Assembly: GCA_963770895.1 (NCBI GenBank)
Contig: CAVYRF010000002.1
Span: 1,184,001 to 1,248,000 of the forward strand
Direction: 5' to 3'
DNA: 64,000 nt
Source of the DNA: an uncultured Acidobacteriota bacterium
Lineage (GTDB): Bacteria > Acidobacteriota > Thermoanaerobaculia > Multivoradales > UBA5704
This document shows, in pieces, positions 38,227 through 49,731 of this stretch (positions within the stretch are counted from its first letter, which is position 1; every line of letters starts with the position of its first letter). The notes under the pieces were generated by a model. It ran no database searches. It saw only the letters and a program-made list of their open reading frames with translations, and was not told the origin of the DNA. A program made the translations under genes and the position numbers.

Positions 38227-40972
38227 ACCGCAGCCGCAGGCCCAGCCGCAGCAGGCGCGGCGCCACCACCTGGTCGACGTAGCCGGCGCGGGTGGCGCCC
38301 AGATCGGCCTCGCGCCGCAGCACCTGGCCCGCGTTGAGCAGGTTGAGCGCCTCCAGACTGAGCGAGGCGTCCAGGTCCGATAGCGCCCGCAGACGCTTCT
38401 CCAGGCGGGCGTCCAGGCTGACCAGGGCGCCGGTGCGGTAGGAGTCCACGTCGCCCACCCGCACGTCGATCGGGCCGGCGTCGTCGCGCGCCACCATGCG
38501 GTACCAGGCGAGCGGCAGGCCGGCCCGGCCGGCCAGCTGGGCGGCCGCGGCCAGCCCCCAGGGCAGCTCGACGGCGCCGCCCAGATCGAACGACCAGGGC
38601 GGCACGACGTACAGCGGCAGCCCGCCCGGCGTGGCGCCGGAGACGCCGACCGGCTCGCCCGCATAGTTGCCGTCCACCAGGGCGGGCGTGGGGTCGGTAT
38701 GGCGGCGGTAGTCGGGCCCGATCTTCCAGGTCCAGCTTTGCAGGGTGACGCGGCCGCGCAGGGTGAAGCGGCGCGCGACGCGCTGGTGCCAGCCCAGGGC
38801 GGCGCCCAGCAGCTGCTGCTGGCGGTCGCCGTTGACCAGCAGCGCGCCGCCGGTCGGCGCCAGGCCCGGCCGCAGGTCGTAATACGGCACGCTGTAGGGC
38901 GTGCCATCGGGCAGGTTGCCGGCGACGGCGCCGGCCGGCACCCAGTCGGCAGCGGTGGCGACGCCGACCGCCTGGGTGGCGGCGTCGCGCACCAGCAGGC
39001 GGTCCTCCAGGATGCCGGTGACGCGGCGCCACACCAGCTGCAGATCCAGGCCGCCTTCGGGCCCCAGCGCGTAGGCGCCGCCCACGATCGCCTCGTCGGT
39101 CATCTCGGGCCGCAGGTGCGGGTCGATGGCGTTGGCCGGCACGTTGGACGGCAGCGCCGGATCGAAGCCGGCCGGATACCAGAACGCCGCCCCTTCGGCG
39201 TCGCCCCCTTCGACGTAACCGCTGCCGGGGAAGCGGTAGCCCGCCGCCGCCGGCGCCGCCGGATTGAGCCGCAGCGGGATGTCGCTGGTCAGCGGCGAGG
39301 CGTAGCGCGCCAGCGAGGCGCGCAGCTGCAGCGACCGCAGCGGCGCGGCGACCAGGCCGATGCGCGGCGCCAGGCTCTGCCAGCGCACCCCGCCGGCGTC
39401 GTTGCCGGCGAAGGCCACCGCCGGCAGCAGCGGGTCGCCGGGCACCGCCGGAGCGATGCTCGCCAGGTTGCGCGGCGTCTGCAGGTCGTAGCGCAGGCCG
39501 AACGAAGCGGTCAGGCGGCTCCAGCTCACCGTGTCCGCCACCCACAGGCCCTGCCGCGTCACGGCGTCGCGGGTGTTGCCGTCGCGCCAGATGTCGAGCG
39601 CGTCCAGGCCGGGCGCCAGGCCCAGCAGCTCGCCGGCGGTGATCTGCGCCCACAGCGGCGCCTGCCAGGTGGCGTCCTCGGTCGTGCGGCGCCACTCGCC
39701 GCCGATCTTCGCTTCGTTGTCGCCGCCGAACAGCCGCCCCGAGGCGGCCGCCTCGGCGGTGCCGGCGCCGGTCGAGCGGTGATCGGTGTCGCCATACCAG
39801 CTGCCGTAGGCCACCCCGGCCGCATCGACATAGAGCGGCGACGTCAGCCCGCCGTTGGGCTGCTGGCGCGAGCCCGAGCCGACGGCGCCGGCGGTGGCGC
39901 TGAAGTAGAGCCGCGGCGAAACGACGCCCAGGTCCGCCAGGCGCAGCACCTGCGTCCAGGCATGGTCGTCGAGCAGCGTGCCGGGGCTGCGCTCCGGCCC
40001 CGCGCCGATATCCGTGCCGTCCTGGCTGGCGCGGGTGAACGACAGCGCGGCGCTGTTGCCCTCCGTGACGTGGGCATCCAGCTTGGCCGCACCGCTGGCG
40101 TCGGCCAGGGTGAACGGCTGGCCGCCGAACGCGGACAGCGAGGTGCGGTCGTGATCCAGCCCGCCCCAGCCCCACAGCACACCGCGCAGCAGCGGCCCGC
40201 CCGCTTCCCCCGCCAGCGCCCCGGTCGTGCGCACCCGGTCGCCGGCCACCCGCTCGCTCGCCGCCTGGCCCGGCGGCAAGCCGCCCGCGGGCGACGGGGC
40301 GCCGGCGGCCAGCGCCCCGCCGCTGCCGGCCGCCAGCCCCGAAGCGCGCCACTCGTTGGTGCCCCGCCGCTCCACCAGGTTCACCTGCGGCCCCGGCGAC
40401 AACGCCACCACGTCGGCGCCGCCGGCGGTCGTCTCCACCCCCTGGGCGATCGCGTCCAACGTGCCCGACGGCGCCCCCGGCGAAGCCGCGCCGCCGATCT
40501 CGAAGCCGTCGATGCGGAACGCCCCCTGGTCGCCGCGCGCCACCGGCCCCGCAAAAGGCTCCCCCGGCCGCACGCTGTAGCCATCGCTATAAAAATCCGG
40601 ACCCGACGCCCCCGGCGTCCGCGCCCCCCCCTGCGCCGCATCGCCCACCGCCACCGGCGCATACCCCGCAATCGCCGGATACAGCGTCGTCGCCGCCGCC
40701 GGCGGCAGCACCGGCGGCGCCGCAACCGCCGGAGCCGTCGCGCCAGGCGCCCCGCTCCCCGCGTCCGCGCCAGCATCGGCCCCGTCCGGGGGAACCACCG
40801 GCGGGGCCTGGGCAGCCGTGCCGTCCGCTGCTGCCGGCGCGGCAGCGGCGCCCAGCTGGGGGTCGAGCAGAGCGCCCAGGGTCGCCAACAGCAGCGCCGC
40901 CGCCCGTCGGCAATGGCTTTTCCGCCGGCCCTTCGGCCACGGCGCGGCGCGGGGCGGCGGGGCGGCGGTCAC
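38219..40972 (-). CDS. TonB-dependent-receptor-like (Oar-type) outer-membrane beta-barrel
   Basis: Signal peptide; QVNLVERRGTNEW (cf. VTKSGTN), GLRYD, LAPRIG, LNLLN, C-terminal PRLLRLGLRLRFR. Confidence 0.8.
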   Translation of the reverse strand: MTAAPPPRAAPWPKGRRKSHCRRAAALLLATLGALLDPQLGAAAAPAAADGTAAQAPPVVPPDGADAGADAGSGAPGATAPAVAAPPVLPPAAATTLYPAIAGYAPVAVGDAAQGGARTPGASGPDFYSDGYSVRPGEPFAGPVARGDQGAFRIDGFEIGGAASPGAPSGTLDAIAQGVETTAGGADVVALSPGPQVNLVERRGTNEWRASGLAAGSGGALAAGAPSPAGGLPPGQAASERVAGDRVRTTGALAGEAGGPLLRGVLWGWGGLDHDRTSLSAFGGQPFTLADASGAAKLDAHVTEGNSAALSFTRASQDGTDIGAGPERSPGTLLDDHAWTQVLRLADLGVVSPRLYFSATAGAVGSGSRQQPNGGLTSPLYVDAAGVAYGSWYGDTDHRSTGAGTAEAAASGRLFGGDNEAKIGGEWRRTTEDATWQAPLWAQITAGELLGLAPGLDALDIWRDGNTRDAVTRQGLWVADTVSWSRLTASFGLRYDLQTPRNLASIAPAVPGDPLLPAVAFAGNDAGGVRWQSLAPRIGLVAAPLRSLQLRASLARYASPLTSDIPLRLNPAAPAAAGYRFPGSGYVEGGDAEGAAFWYPAGFDPALPSNVPANAIDPHLRPEMTDEAIVGGAYALGPEGGLDLQLVWRRVTGILEDRLLVRDAATQAVGVATAADWVPAGAVAGNLPDGTPYSVPYYDLRPGLAPTGGALLVNGDRQQQLLGAALGWHQRVARRFTLRGRVTLQSWTWKIGPDYRRHTDPTPALVDGNYAGEPVGVSGATPGGLPLYVVPPWSFDLGGAVELPWGLAAAAQLAGRAGLPLAWYRMVARDDAGPIDVRVGDVDSYRTGALVSLDARLEKRLRALSDLDASLSLEALNLLNAGQVLRREADLGATRAGYVDQVVAPRLLRLGLRLRFR

Positions 40973-41658
40973 AGGGGCGGAGGCGGCGCCGGGGCGCCGG
41001 TGGCGTCCAGGATTCCCATGGCGGCGAGGGGCTGGGCGAGGTCGGCGGGAAGGGGTGCGTGGAGGGCCAGCGGCGCGCCGGTCGCGGGGTGGGTCAGGTG
41101 CAGGTCGGCGGCGTGCAGGGCCAGGCGGTAGAGGCCGAAGCGCGAGCGGAACAGGCGGTTGTGCTCGCCCTTGCCGTAGCGGACGTCGCCGATCAGGGGG
41201 AGCGAAAGGTGCTTCAGGTGGCGGCGGATCTGGTGCAGGCGGCCGGTTTCCGGGGTCACCTCCAGCCAGGAGTAGCGCTCAAAGGTGGCCAGGCGGCGGT
41301 AGCCGGTCACCGCCGGCACGCGCGGGCCGCCGGGGGAACGCGGGATCGGATGGTCGATGACGCCGGATTCGGGGGCGATGCCGCGCACCAGGGCCAGGTA
41401 GCGCTTGCGCACCGCGCCGGCGGCGAACGAGGCGGCCAGGCCGCGGGCGGGCTCGACCGCCAGGGCCATCACCAGCACGCCGCTGGCGCCGCGGTCCAGC
41501 CGGTGGACCGGGTAGACGCGGCAGCCGGCCAGACGGCGCATCAGGGTCAGCATGACCTCGCCGTCGCGCGCCCAGCCGCGGTGCACCGCCAGGCCCGAGG
41601 GCTTGTCCACCGCCAGCAGGTCGTCGTCCTGGTAGAGCAGCCGCAGCGGCGCGATCAC
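40969..41658 (-). CDS. RluA-family pseudouridine synthase (TruC-like)
   Basis: VDKPSGLAVH, PVHRLDRGASG, KRYLALVRG, TGRLHQIRRH, IGDVRYGKG, LALHA. Confidence 0.92.
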   Translation of the reverse strand: MIAPLRLLYQDDDLLAVDKPSGLAVHRGWARDGEVMLTLMRRLAGCRVYPVHRLDRGASGVLVMALAVEPARGLAASFAAGAVRKRYLALVRGIAPESGVIDHPIPRSPGGPRVPAVTGYRRLATFERYSWLEVTPETGRLHQIRRHLKHLSLPLIGDVRYGKGEHNRLFRSRFGLYRLALHAADLHLTHPATGAPLALHAPLPADLAQPLAAMGILDATGAPAPPPPL

Positions 41659-41782
41659 GTGTCGAACGATCTCCTCGAGCTCCCGGCGGCGCCGGGCGGA
41701 CCTGTTGCATCCGGTATCCTACTCGCACGCGCGGGCCGTTGGCGGCGCGGCGGCGGGCGGCGCAGGCCCGCGGAGGTGCGGT

Positions 41783-43072
<1,290 letters not shown>

Positions 43073-43092
43073 CTTAGTGAGCTGTACCAGCC

Positions 43093-44895
43093 TCAGCTGG
43101 ACCAGCGGGTGCTGAAGCGCGGGCGGAACAGCGAAGCCGCCTTGGCGGCGCGGGCTTCGGTATCCCCCAGGCGATCCACTTCGACCGGCGGCTGGCGCGG
43201 ATCGACGGGCTGGCGTTCGCCGTCGGGCCCCTCCAGGGCGGTGAGCCTGGATTCCCGCGCATCCCGCGATTCGCGCACCAGGTTGCCGCGCGAATCGTTG
43301 TCCTGGCGTCCGGCGCCGCCACGGCCGCTCCAGGCGGGGGCATGGCCGCCGCCGTTGGAGCGATAGTCGCGACCGCCGCGCCCGGCATACGGTCCCGGCT
43401 GCCCCTGCCCACCTTGCTGCGAGTGGCTGTAGCCGGAGGGTTGCGGCCGCCTGGCGGAGCGGGCGCCATGATTCTGGCCGCCGTGGTGGCTGTTGCCGGC
43501 ATTGCTCATCGGCTGGCCGGCGCCGCCCGCGCGGCTGTCGCGCGGGTGTTGCCCGCCGCCCGGACGCACGCCCGGACGATTGGCCGCACGGCCGGCGCCC
43601 TGGCGCCCGGCCGCACGCTGCGCCGCGGCCGGCGCTCCCGGCGCCTCGCCACCGGCCTGCGCCTTGCGCGCCGCCTTTTCGCGGGCGCGCGCCCGCTCCT
43701 CGGCCTTGCGGGCGCGGATGGCGGCGATGCGTTCGGCGATGGGGATCTCCAGCCGCTCTTCGGCCGGCGCCTGGTAGTCGAAGCCGGTCAGCGTGCGCTG
43801 GGGGATGCGCCGCCCCACCGCGCGCTCGATGGCATGCAGGTCCGCCTGCTCCTGCGGCCCGACAAAGGTGAAAGCGTCGCCCACCGCACCGGCGCGGGCG
43901 GTGCGCCCGACGCGGTGGATGTAGTCCTCGGGCACGTTGGGGACGTCGAAGTTGATGACGTGGGACAGCGCCTCGACGTCGATGCCGCGCGCCGCGATGT
44001 CGGTGGCGATCAGCACCCGCAGGCGCCCGTCCTTGAAGCGCGCCAGGGCGTCGGTGCGCTGCGCCTGGCTGCGGTTGCCGTGGATGCGATCGCACGGCAT
44101 GCCGTTGCGGTCCAGGAAGTCGGCCAGCCGGTTGGCGCGATGCTTGGTGCGGGTGAACACCAGCACGTTTTTGATTTCGTCGCGCTGCAGCAGCTCGAGC
44201 AGCAGCCGCGGCTTGAGGTCGTCGCGCACCGGGTAGATCGCCTGGGTCACGCCGTCGGCGGGAAGCGAGCGGCGATCCACGTTGATCGCCACCGGGTCGT
44301 GCAGCAGGTCCTGGGACAGCTCGACGATCGGCGGCGGCAGGGTGGCCGAAAACAGCATCGTCTGGCGCTCGCCCGGCAGCGCCGCCAGCACGCGCCGCAC
44401 GTCGGGGAGGAAGCCCATGTCGAGCATGCGGTCGGCTTCGTCGAGCACCAGCACCTCGAGCCCGTCGAGCCGCGCGTAGTCGTTCTGGAAGTGGTCGAGC
44501 AGGCGCCCCGGGGTCGCCACCAGGATGGCGACGCCCTCCTTGAACGCCCGTTCCTGGGGCCCCATCGCCACGCCGCCGAACACCGCGGCGCCGGACATCG
44601 GGGTGTGCGCGGCCAGCCCGTCCAGGTGCTCGGCGATCTGCGCCGCGAGCTCGCGGGTGGGGGTCAGGATGAGCGCGCGCGTGGTGCCGGGCGGCTTGCC
44701 GGCCAGCCGCTGCAGGATGGGCAGCAGGAACGCCGCCGTCTTGCCGCTCCCCGTCATGGCACAGGCGAGCAGGTCGCGACCGGCGAGGGCCGGCGGGATC
44801 GCCTGGATCTGGATCGGGGTGGGCTCGACGAAGCCGAGCTCCTGGATGCCGCGCAACAGCTCGGCGGAAAGGCCGAAGGACGAAAAGTCATTCAT
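43093..44895 (-). CDS. DEAD-box RNA helicase (RhlE-like)
   Basis: Q-motif PTPIQ, TGSGKT, PTRELA, TPGRL, DEAD, SAT, ARGID, HRVGRTAR; long Gly/Arg-rich tail. Confidence 0.96.
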   Translation of the reverse strand: MNDFSSFGLSAELLRGIQELGFVEPTPIQIQAIPPALAGRDLLACAMTGSGKTAAFLLPILQRLAGKPPGTTRALILTPTRELAAQIAEHLDGLAAHTPMSGAAVFGGVAMGPQERAFKEGVAILVATPGRLLDHFQNDYARLDGLEVLVLDEADRMLDMGFLPDVRRVLAALPGERQTMLFSATLPPPIVELSQDLLHDPVAINVDRRSLPADGVTQAIYPVRDDLKPRLLLELLQRDEIKNVLVFTRTKHRANRLADFLDRNGMPCDRIHGNRSQAQRTDALARFKDGRLRVLIATDIAARGIDVEALSHVINFDVPNVPEDYIHRVGRTARAGAVGDAFTFVGPQEQADLHAIERAVGRRIPQRTLTGFDYQAPAEERLEIPIAERIAAIRARKAEERARAREKAARKAQAGGEAPGAPAAAQRAAGRQGAGRAANRPGVRPGGGQHPRDSRAGGAGQPMSNAGNSHHGGQNHGARSARRPQPSGYSHSQQGGQGQPGPYAGRGGRDYRSNGGGHAPAWSGRGGAGRQDNDSRGNLVRESRDARESRLTALEGPDGERQPVDPRQPPVEVDRLGDTEARAAKAASLFRPRFSTRWSS

Positions 44896-44974
44896 CTGTG
44901 TGATCTCTCTTCGGCGATCGCGGCCCTTGGGTGAGCTGCCGAACGCCTGAATGTCCCGGCTTGAAGACAGGAAA

Positions 44975-45167
44975 GAACGGGAGCCTTGCCGGGAGGCCTG
45001 CCGTTCATCGGTTCCCGGATGACGCTCCGGGAAACGCTACTGCAACGATTGCAAAGATTGCGGAAGCCCTGAGCAGGCGCGCCCGCCCTGTGAGCTTCTC
45101 ACATCTAGGCCAAAACACCAAGTTGACCAGCGGTGTACGCCTCCTTGGGCGTGGTCGAAGACCGACC
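44975..45167 (-). ncRNA. Candidate structured leader or ncRNA upstream of the DEAD-box helicase
   Basis: About 8 short stem-loops, several abutting (45153-45167, 45137-45152, 45115-45136, 45089-45103, 45071-45088, 45041-45053, 45012-45033, 44975-45006). Confidence 0.45.
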
Positions 45168-45190
45168 CTGTAAACCGAGTGGCGCCGGTG

Positions 45191-45868
45191 TCACGCCGGC
45201 GATTCGGGCGGTGTGGGCACCCCGCTCGCGCCCTTCGCGGCGCGACCGGCAGTACGGCGCGCCCGCCAGATTTCGAAGACGGCGGGCAGCAGCGAAATCA
45301 CGACGATCGCCAGCAGCACCAGGCTGAAGCTCTTCTTGACCGCCGGCACGTTGCCGAACAGGTCGCCCGCCATGATGCCGATCACCACCCACAGCAGGCC
45401 GCCGGCGACGTTGTAGGCGGAGAACTTGCGGAACGACATCCGCCCCAGCCCGGCGACGAACGGCGCGATCGTGCGCACGATGGGCACGAAGCGGGTGATG
45501 ACGATCGTCTTGGCGCCGTATTTTTCGTAGAACTCGTGGGTGCGCTGCAGGTGCTCGGGCCGCACGCGCCCTCCCGCCACCAGCCGCGGTCCGATCAGGT
45601 AACCCACCCAGTAGTTGACCGTATTCCCCAGCACCGCCGCCACCAGCAGCAGGCCGATCAGGTTCCACGCCGAAAGCGCCCCCACGCCGGCAAACGCGCC
45701 GGCGGCGAACAGCAGCGAATCTCCGGGCAGGAACGGCGCCACCACCAGGCCGGTCTCGCAGAACACGATCGCGAACAGCAGCAGGTACGTCCACGCCCCG
45801 TACTGGGCGATGACGCCGCCCAACGTGCGGTCGAGGTGCAGAAAGAGATCGATGAAGTGTGTCAGCAC
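45191..45868 (-). CDS. dedA: DedA family membrane protein
   Basis: IVFCETGLVVAPFLPGDSLLFAAG, FYEKYG, RFVPIVRTIAPFVAG. Confidence 0.92.
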   Translation of the reverse strand: MLTHFIDLFLHLDRTLGGVIAQYGAWTYLLLFAIVFCETGLVVAPFLPGDSLLFAAGAFAGVGALSAWNLIGLLLVAAVLGNTVNYWVGYLIGPRLVAGGRVRPEHLQRTHEFYEKYGAKTIVITRFVPIVRTIAPFVAGLGRMSFRKFSAYNVAGGLLWVVIGIMAGDLFGNVPAVKKSFSLVLLAIVVISLLPAVFEIWRARRTAGRAAKGASGVPTPPESPA

Positions 45869-46043
45869 GACAGGGTGTCCCGCCGGCACCACGCGAACCA
45901 CCCGCGGGCGCGCGTCCGGCGCGGAGAGCCTAAGGGCTCGCCGCCGCGATGTCCAGCCCTGCCCCCCGCGATCGCAGGACCGCGGGGAAGCGGTCGTTGC
46001 CTGGGGTCCGGCGGCGGCGCCGCCGCCGGCTGACGGGCGGCGG

Positions 46044-48491
46044 CTACCGGAGGTAGCCCAGGGCGCGCAGCTTGGTGATGTAGCGCCACTCCAGGTAGGT
46101 GGCCCCCAGGGTGTCGCCGTGTTGCAGGTAGGTCGCCCGCGCCTTCAGGCGGGCCGCCAGCTCGCGCTCGCCGATGGCGCGCAGGGCGGCGACGGTCTGC
46201 GGCTCGCCGACGGCCAGGTTGGTGCGCTCGGCGGGATCGCGATCCAGGTTGTAGAGCTCGACCGGCAGCGCCGGGTCGCGCGCCACCACCAGCTTCCAGG
46301 GGCCGCGCCGCACCGACCAGCGCGGGCGGCCGTGCAGGATGACGTCGGCCATCGGCGTTTCGCGCGCTGCGAGCGGTTTGCCGTCGAGCAGCGGGGTGAG
46401 GTCGGTGCCCTGGCTGGGCGACGGCGCGGCGCCGACGGCGTGCAGCAGGGTCGGAAACAGGTCGACCATCTGCACGGCGTCGGGCACCACGGCGGGCTTG
46501 CGGCCTGGGATGCGCAGCAGCGCCGGCACGTGCACCAGCTCCTGGTACAGGGTGTGGCCGTGGTCGGAGTTGGGTTCGTAGCCCAGGGCCGCCTCGCGGT
46601 CCAGCCGCCCCCAGAACTCCTCGCCGTGGTCGCTCACCACCGCCACCACCGTGTGGTCGGCAAGCCCCAGGTCGCGCAGGCCGTCGAGAAAGCGGCCGAC
46701 CTGCCGGTCGGTGTAGGCGACCTCGGCGCGGTACAGCGCCTCGAACCAGGGGCGATCGCCCGGCGCCGGGATGGTGGTGCGCTCGGGATTGCGGTCGGCC
46801 TCGCAGCCCAGCGGACCGCGGTAGCCGGGCGCCAGGCGGTGCGCCACCTGGGTGCACTCCGGCTCGGGCGCGCTGTAGGGCGAATGCAGGTCGAACAGGT
46901 GCAGGTAGAGGAAGGTGCGGCGGTCGGCGGCGGTGCGGCGCAGCTCGGCCAGCGCCCGGTCCACCAGCACTTCGGCGCGGTCTTCGATCGAGGTGTAATC
47001 GTCGAAGCCCTGGTGCACGCCGAAGCCGGGCAGGATGTAGAAGTTCTGGTAGATGCCCAGGCTGTAGAAGCCCTGGTGCGCCAGCACCCCGGCAAGCGTG
47101 TGCACGCCGCCGGGCAGGCCGGTCGGGGCAAAGTCGTTCTGGCGCGGGCTGGCCGGGTCGAAGTCGCCGAAGCGCTGGCCGGCGCCGTGCGTCTGCGGCT
47201 GCAGGCCGGTCAGCAGCGAGCAGACGCTGGGCAGCGTCCAGGGGGCGGGCGACAGCATCTCGGCAAAGCGCACCCCGTCGCGCGCAAAGGCGTCCAGGCG
47301 CGGGGTCAGGCCGTGGGTATCGCCGTAGGCGCCCAGCGCGTCGGCGCGCAGCGTGTCGATCAGGATCACCACCAGGTTGTTGCCGGCGGGGGGGCCGGGG
47401 CGCACCAGCATCGGGTTGCCCCACACCGCCGCCCCCTCGGGCAGGGCGGCGCCGTCGCGCAAGGCGCCGCTTTCCAGCACCAGGCGATCGCCGGTGCGGT
47501 CGGCGCCGGCGGGCAGGTCGCGCCGCACCAGGCGCCAGGCCGGGCCGCCCTTGCCGCCGCCCGCCAGGGTCTCTTCCAGCAGGGGGCCGCCCGGCGCGGC
47601 GTCCGCCGGCTTGCCGTCCGGCCCCTCCAGGCGCACGCGGAAGGTGGCGGTCACCCCCGGCTTGTCGTATTCGGGGATGAGGCCCAGGTGGACCTCCAGG
47701 CGGGTGCCCGCCGGCAGGTCAGGCGGCAACGGCAGCGTCAGCCTGCCGCCGCCGGACAGCGCCGGCATGGTTTCGCCGCCCAGCGACATCGAACGATAGG
47801 CGTCGTCGGGCGGCGCCGCGGAGCCGCCCAGCAGGCGCACGCTGCCCGCGTCCACCTCCAGGCGCAGACCCACCACGCGCCCATGCCAGTGCGCTTCGCG
47901 CTCCAGGTCCACTTCGTACGGATGCGGCTTGCCGTCGCCGGCCAGCGGGAAGCTGACGGCGCGGAAGGGCGTGAACACGCGGTCCTGCGCCAGCCGCCAG
48001 GACAGGGTGGCCAGCCGCGCCGACCCGGCCAGAGTCAGCCGCAGCCGCCCCACCCGCGACGCCGACACGTCCACCGCCGCCTGGTAGGGTTCTTCGGGCG
48101 ACACGCTGCCGGCAACCAGCGCAGGCAAGGCGCCGCCGCCGGCGCCCGGCTCCTCGCCCCCAGCTCCCGGCGCCTGTTGTCCTCCGGGACCTCCGGGTTC
48201 GCCGGATCCGCCAAGCCCGCCGGCGCCGCCCGGCGCTCCTGGCGCTCCCGGCGCCGCGGTCTTGATCAGGTCGCCCAGGCGGACCAGCTTGGCCGCCGGC
48301 GGCGTGGCGCGGTCGGCGCCACAGCCGGCGACGCAGAGGGCCGCCGCCATCGCCGCCATCGCCGCCATCGCCGCCAACAACGCCATCGGCGCCAGCGGTG
48401 CCATCGGCGCCATCATCGCCAGCCACAGACGCGCGGTGCGTCCGGCGAAACCGCGCGGCAGACCGGCCGCCAGGGAGGGCAAAGCCCGCAT
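46044..48491 (-). CDS. Lipoprotein with sulfatase/alkaline-phosphatase-superfamily domain
   Basis: Lipobox-like VAGC; NLVVILIDTLRADAL, PWTLPS, HSPY, SDHGEEF, HGHTLYQE, LYNLDRDPAE. Confidence 0.87.
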   Translation of the reverse strand: MRALPSLAAGLPRGFAGRTARLWLAMMAPMAPLAPMALLAAMAAMAAMAAALCVAGCGADRATPPAAKLVRLGDLIKTAAPGAPGAPGGAGGLGGSGEPGGPGGQQAPGAGGEEPGAGGGALPALVAGSVSPEEPYQAAVDVSASRVGRLRLTLAGSARLATLSWRLAQDRVFTPFRAVSFPLAGDGKPHPYEVDLEREAHWHGRVVGLRLEVDAGSVRLLGGSAAPPDDAYRSMSLGGETMPALSGGGRLTLPLPPDLPAGTRLEVHLGLIPEYDKPGVTATFRVRLEGPDGKPADAAPGGPLLEETLAGGGKGGPAWRLVRRDLPAGADRTGDRLVLESGALRDGAALPEGAAVWGNPMLVRPGPPAGNNLVVILIDTLRADALGAYGDTHGLTPRLDAFARDGVRFAEMLSPAPWTLPSVCSLLTGLQPQTHGAGQRFGDFDPASPRQNDFAPTGLPGGVHTLAGVLAHQGFYSLGIYQNFYILPGFGVHQGFDDYTSIEDRAEVLVDRALAELRRTAADRRTFLYLHLFDLHSPYSAPEPECTQVAHRLAPGYRGPLGCEADRNPERTTIPAPGDRPWFEALYRAEVAYTDRQVGRFLDGLRDLGLADHTVVAVVSDHGEEFWGRLDREAALGYEPNSDHGHTLYQELVHVPALLRIPGRKPAVVPDAVQMVDLFPTLLHAVGAAPSPSQGTDLTPLLDGKPLAARETPMADVILHGRPRWSVRRGPWKLVVARDPALPVELYNLDRDPAERTNLAVGEPQTVAALRAIGERELAARLKARATYLQHGDTLGATYLEWRYITKLRALGYLR

Positions 48492-48492
48492 T

Positions 48493-49731
48493 TCAGGCCA
48501 GCCGGTCGCGGATCCAGCAGCCGCCCAGGACGCGGCTGCCCTGGTAGAAGACGGCGGCCTGGCCCGGCGTGACGCCGCGCTGCGGCTGCAGAAACTCCAC
48601 CTCCACCTCCACCTCCACCTCGGCCGGGGCAGCGGGGCCGCCGGCGGCAGGCGCGGGCTGCGGCGGCCGCGGGTGGATGCGGGCGGCGACGCCTGGATGC
48701 CGGGAGCGGATGCGGACTGTGGCTTCGATGCCGCCGGCCGGCGACGCCGCCGGTGCATCGCCGATCCAGTGCAGGCGCTCGCCGAGCAGGCCCGGCGCCA
48801 TCAGCTGCCGCTCCTCCCCCACCACCACGCGGTTGTCGCCGGGCTCGATCGCCAGGACGTAGAGCGGATGGCGGCTGGCCACGCCCAGGCCGCGCCGCTG
48901 CCCGACGGTGTAGCGGTAGTACGGCTGACCCTGGCCCAGCACGGCGCCGCCGGAATCGACCAGCGTCGCCGGCCGGCCGAGCGCCACGCCGGCGGTGCCG
49001 GAGCCCGCGGCGGCCTGGGCGTCGGCGGCCGGCCGGGCGGCGCGGGCGGCGGTTTCGGCTTCCACAAACTCGCGGATGCCGCCGGAGACGAAGCACACTT
49101 CCATGCTCTCGCCCTTCTCCGCCACCACCAGGCCGGCGTCGCGGGCCAGCGCGCGCACCTGCGGCTTGGTCATGGCGCCCAACGGGAAGAGCGAAGCGGC
49201 AAGCTGCTCCTGCGACAGCTCGAACAGGTAGTAGCTCTGGTCCTTGTCGGCGTCCACCGCGGTGTGCAGCTCCCACCCGCCGGCGCCGCGCACGATGCGG
49301 GCGTAGTGGCCGGTCGCCACGGTCGCCGCTCCCAGGCGGCGGGCGCGCTCGTGCAGCAGGTCGAACTTGATCCAGGTGTTGCAGCGGACGCAGGGGCTGG
49401 GAGTGCGCCCGGCCAGGTAGTCGGCGACGAACGGGTCGACCACGTGGCGGCGGAACTCCTGGTCCAGGCGCAGCGTGTAGTGGGGGATGCCGGCCTGCTG
49501 CGCCACCCGCCGCGCGTCGCCCAGGTCCAGGGCGCCGCAGCAGCGGCCGTTGCTGGACACCGCGGAGTGGTCCCACAGCAGCATCGACAGGCCGATCACC
49601 GGCTGCCCGGCGCGGGCGAGCAGCCAGGCGGTCACCGACGAATCCAGGCCGCCGCTCATCGCCACCGCGATGCGATCGGTCGCGGCGCCCGCCGCCGCAC
49701 CCGGCAGCGCCACCGGCACGCCGCCGGTCAC
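48493..49731 (-). CDS. mnmA: tRNA 2-thiouridine(34) synthase MnmA
   Basis: [56 protein letters not shown]; GTGA overlap with the desulfurase. Confidence 0.96.
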   Translation of the reverse strand: MTGGVPVALPGAAAGAATDRIAVAMSGGLDSSVTAWLLARAGQPVIGLSMLLWDHSAVSSNGRCCGALDLGDARRVAQQAGIPHYTLRLDQEFRRHVVDPFVADYLAGRTPSPCVRCNTWIKFDLLHERARRLGAATVATGHYARIVRGAGGWELHTAVDADKDQSYYLFELSQEQLAASLFPLGAMTKPQVRALARDAGLVVAEKGESMEVCFVSGGIREFVEAETAARAARPAADAQAAAGSGTAGVALGRPATLVDSGGAVLGQGQPYYRYTVGQRRGLGVASRHPLYVLAIEPGDNRVVVGEERQLMAPGLLGERLHWIGDAPAASPAGGIEATVRIRSRHPGVAARIHPRPPQPAPAAGGPAAPAEVEVEVEVEFLQPQRGVTPGQAAVFYQGSRVLGGCWIRDRLA

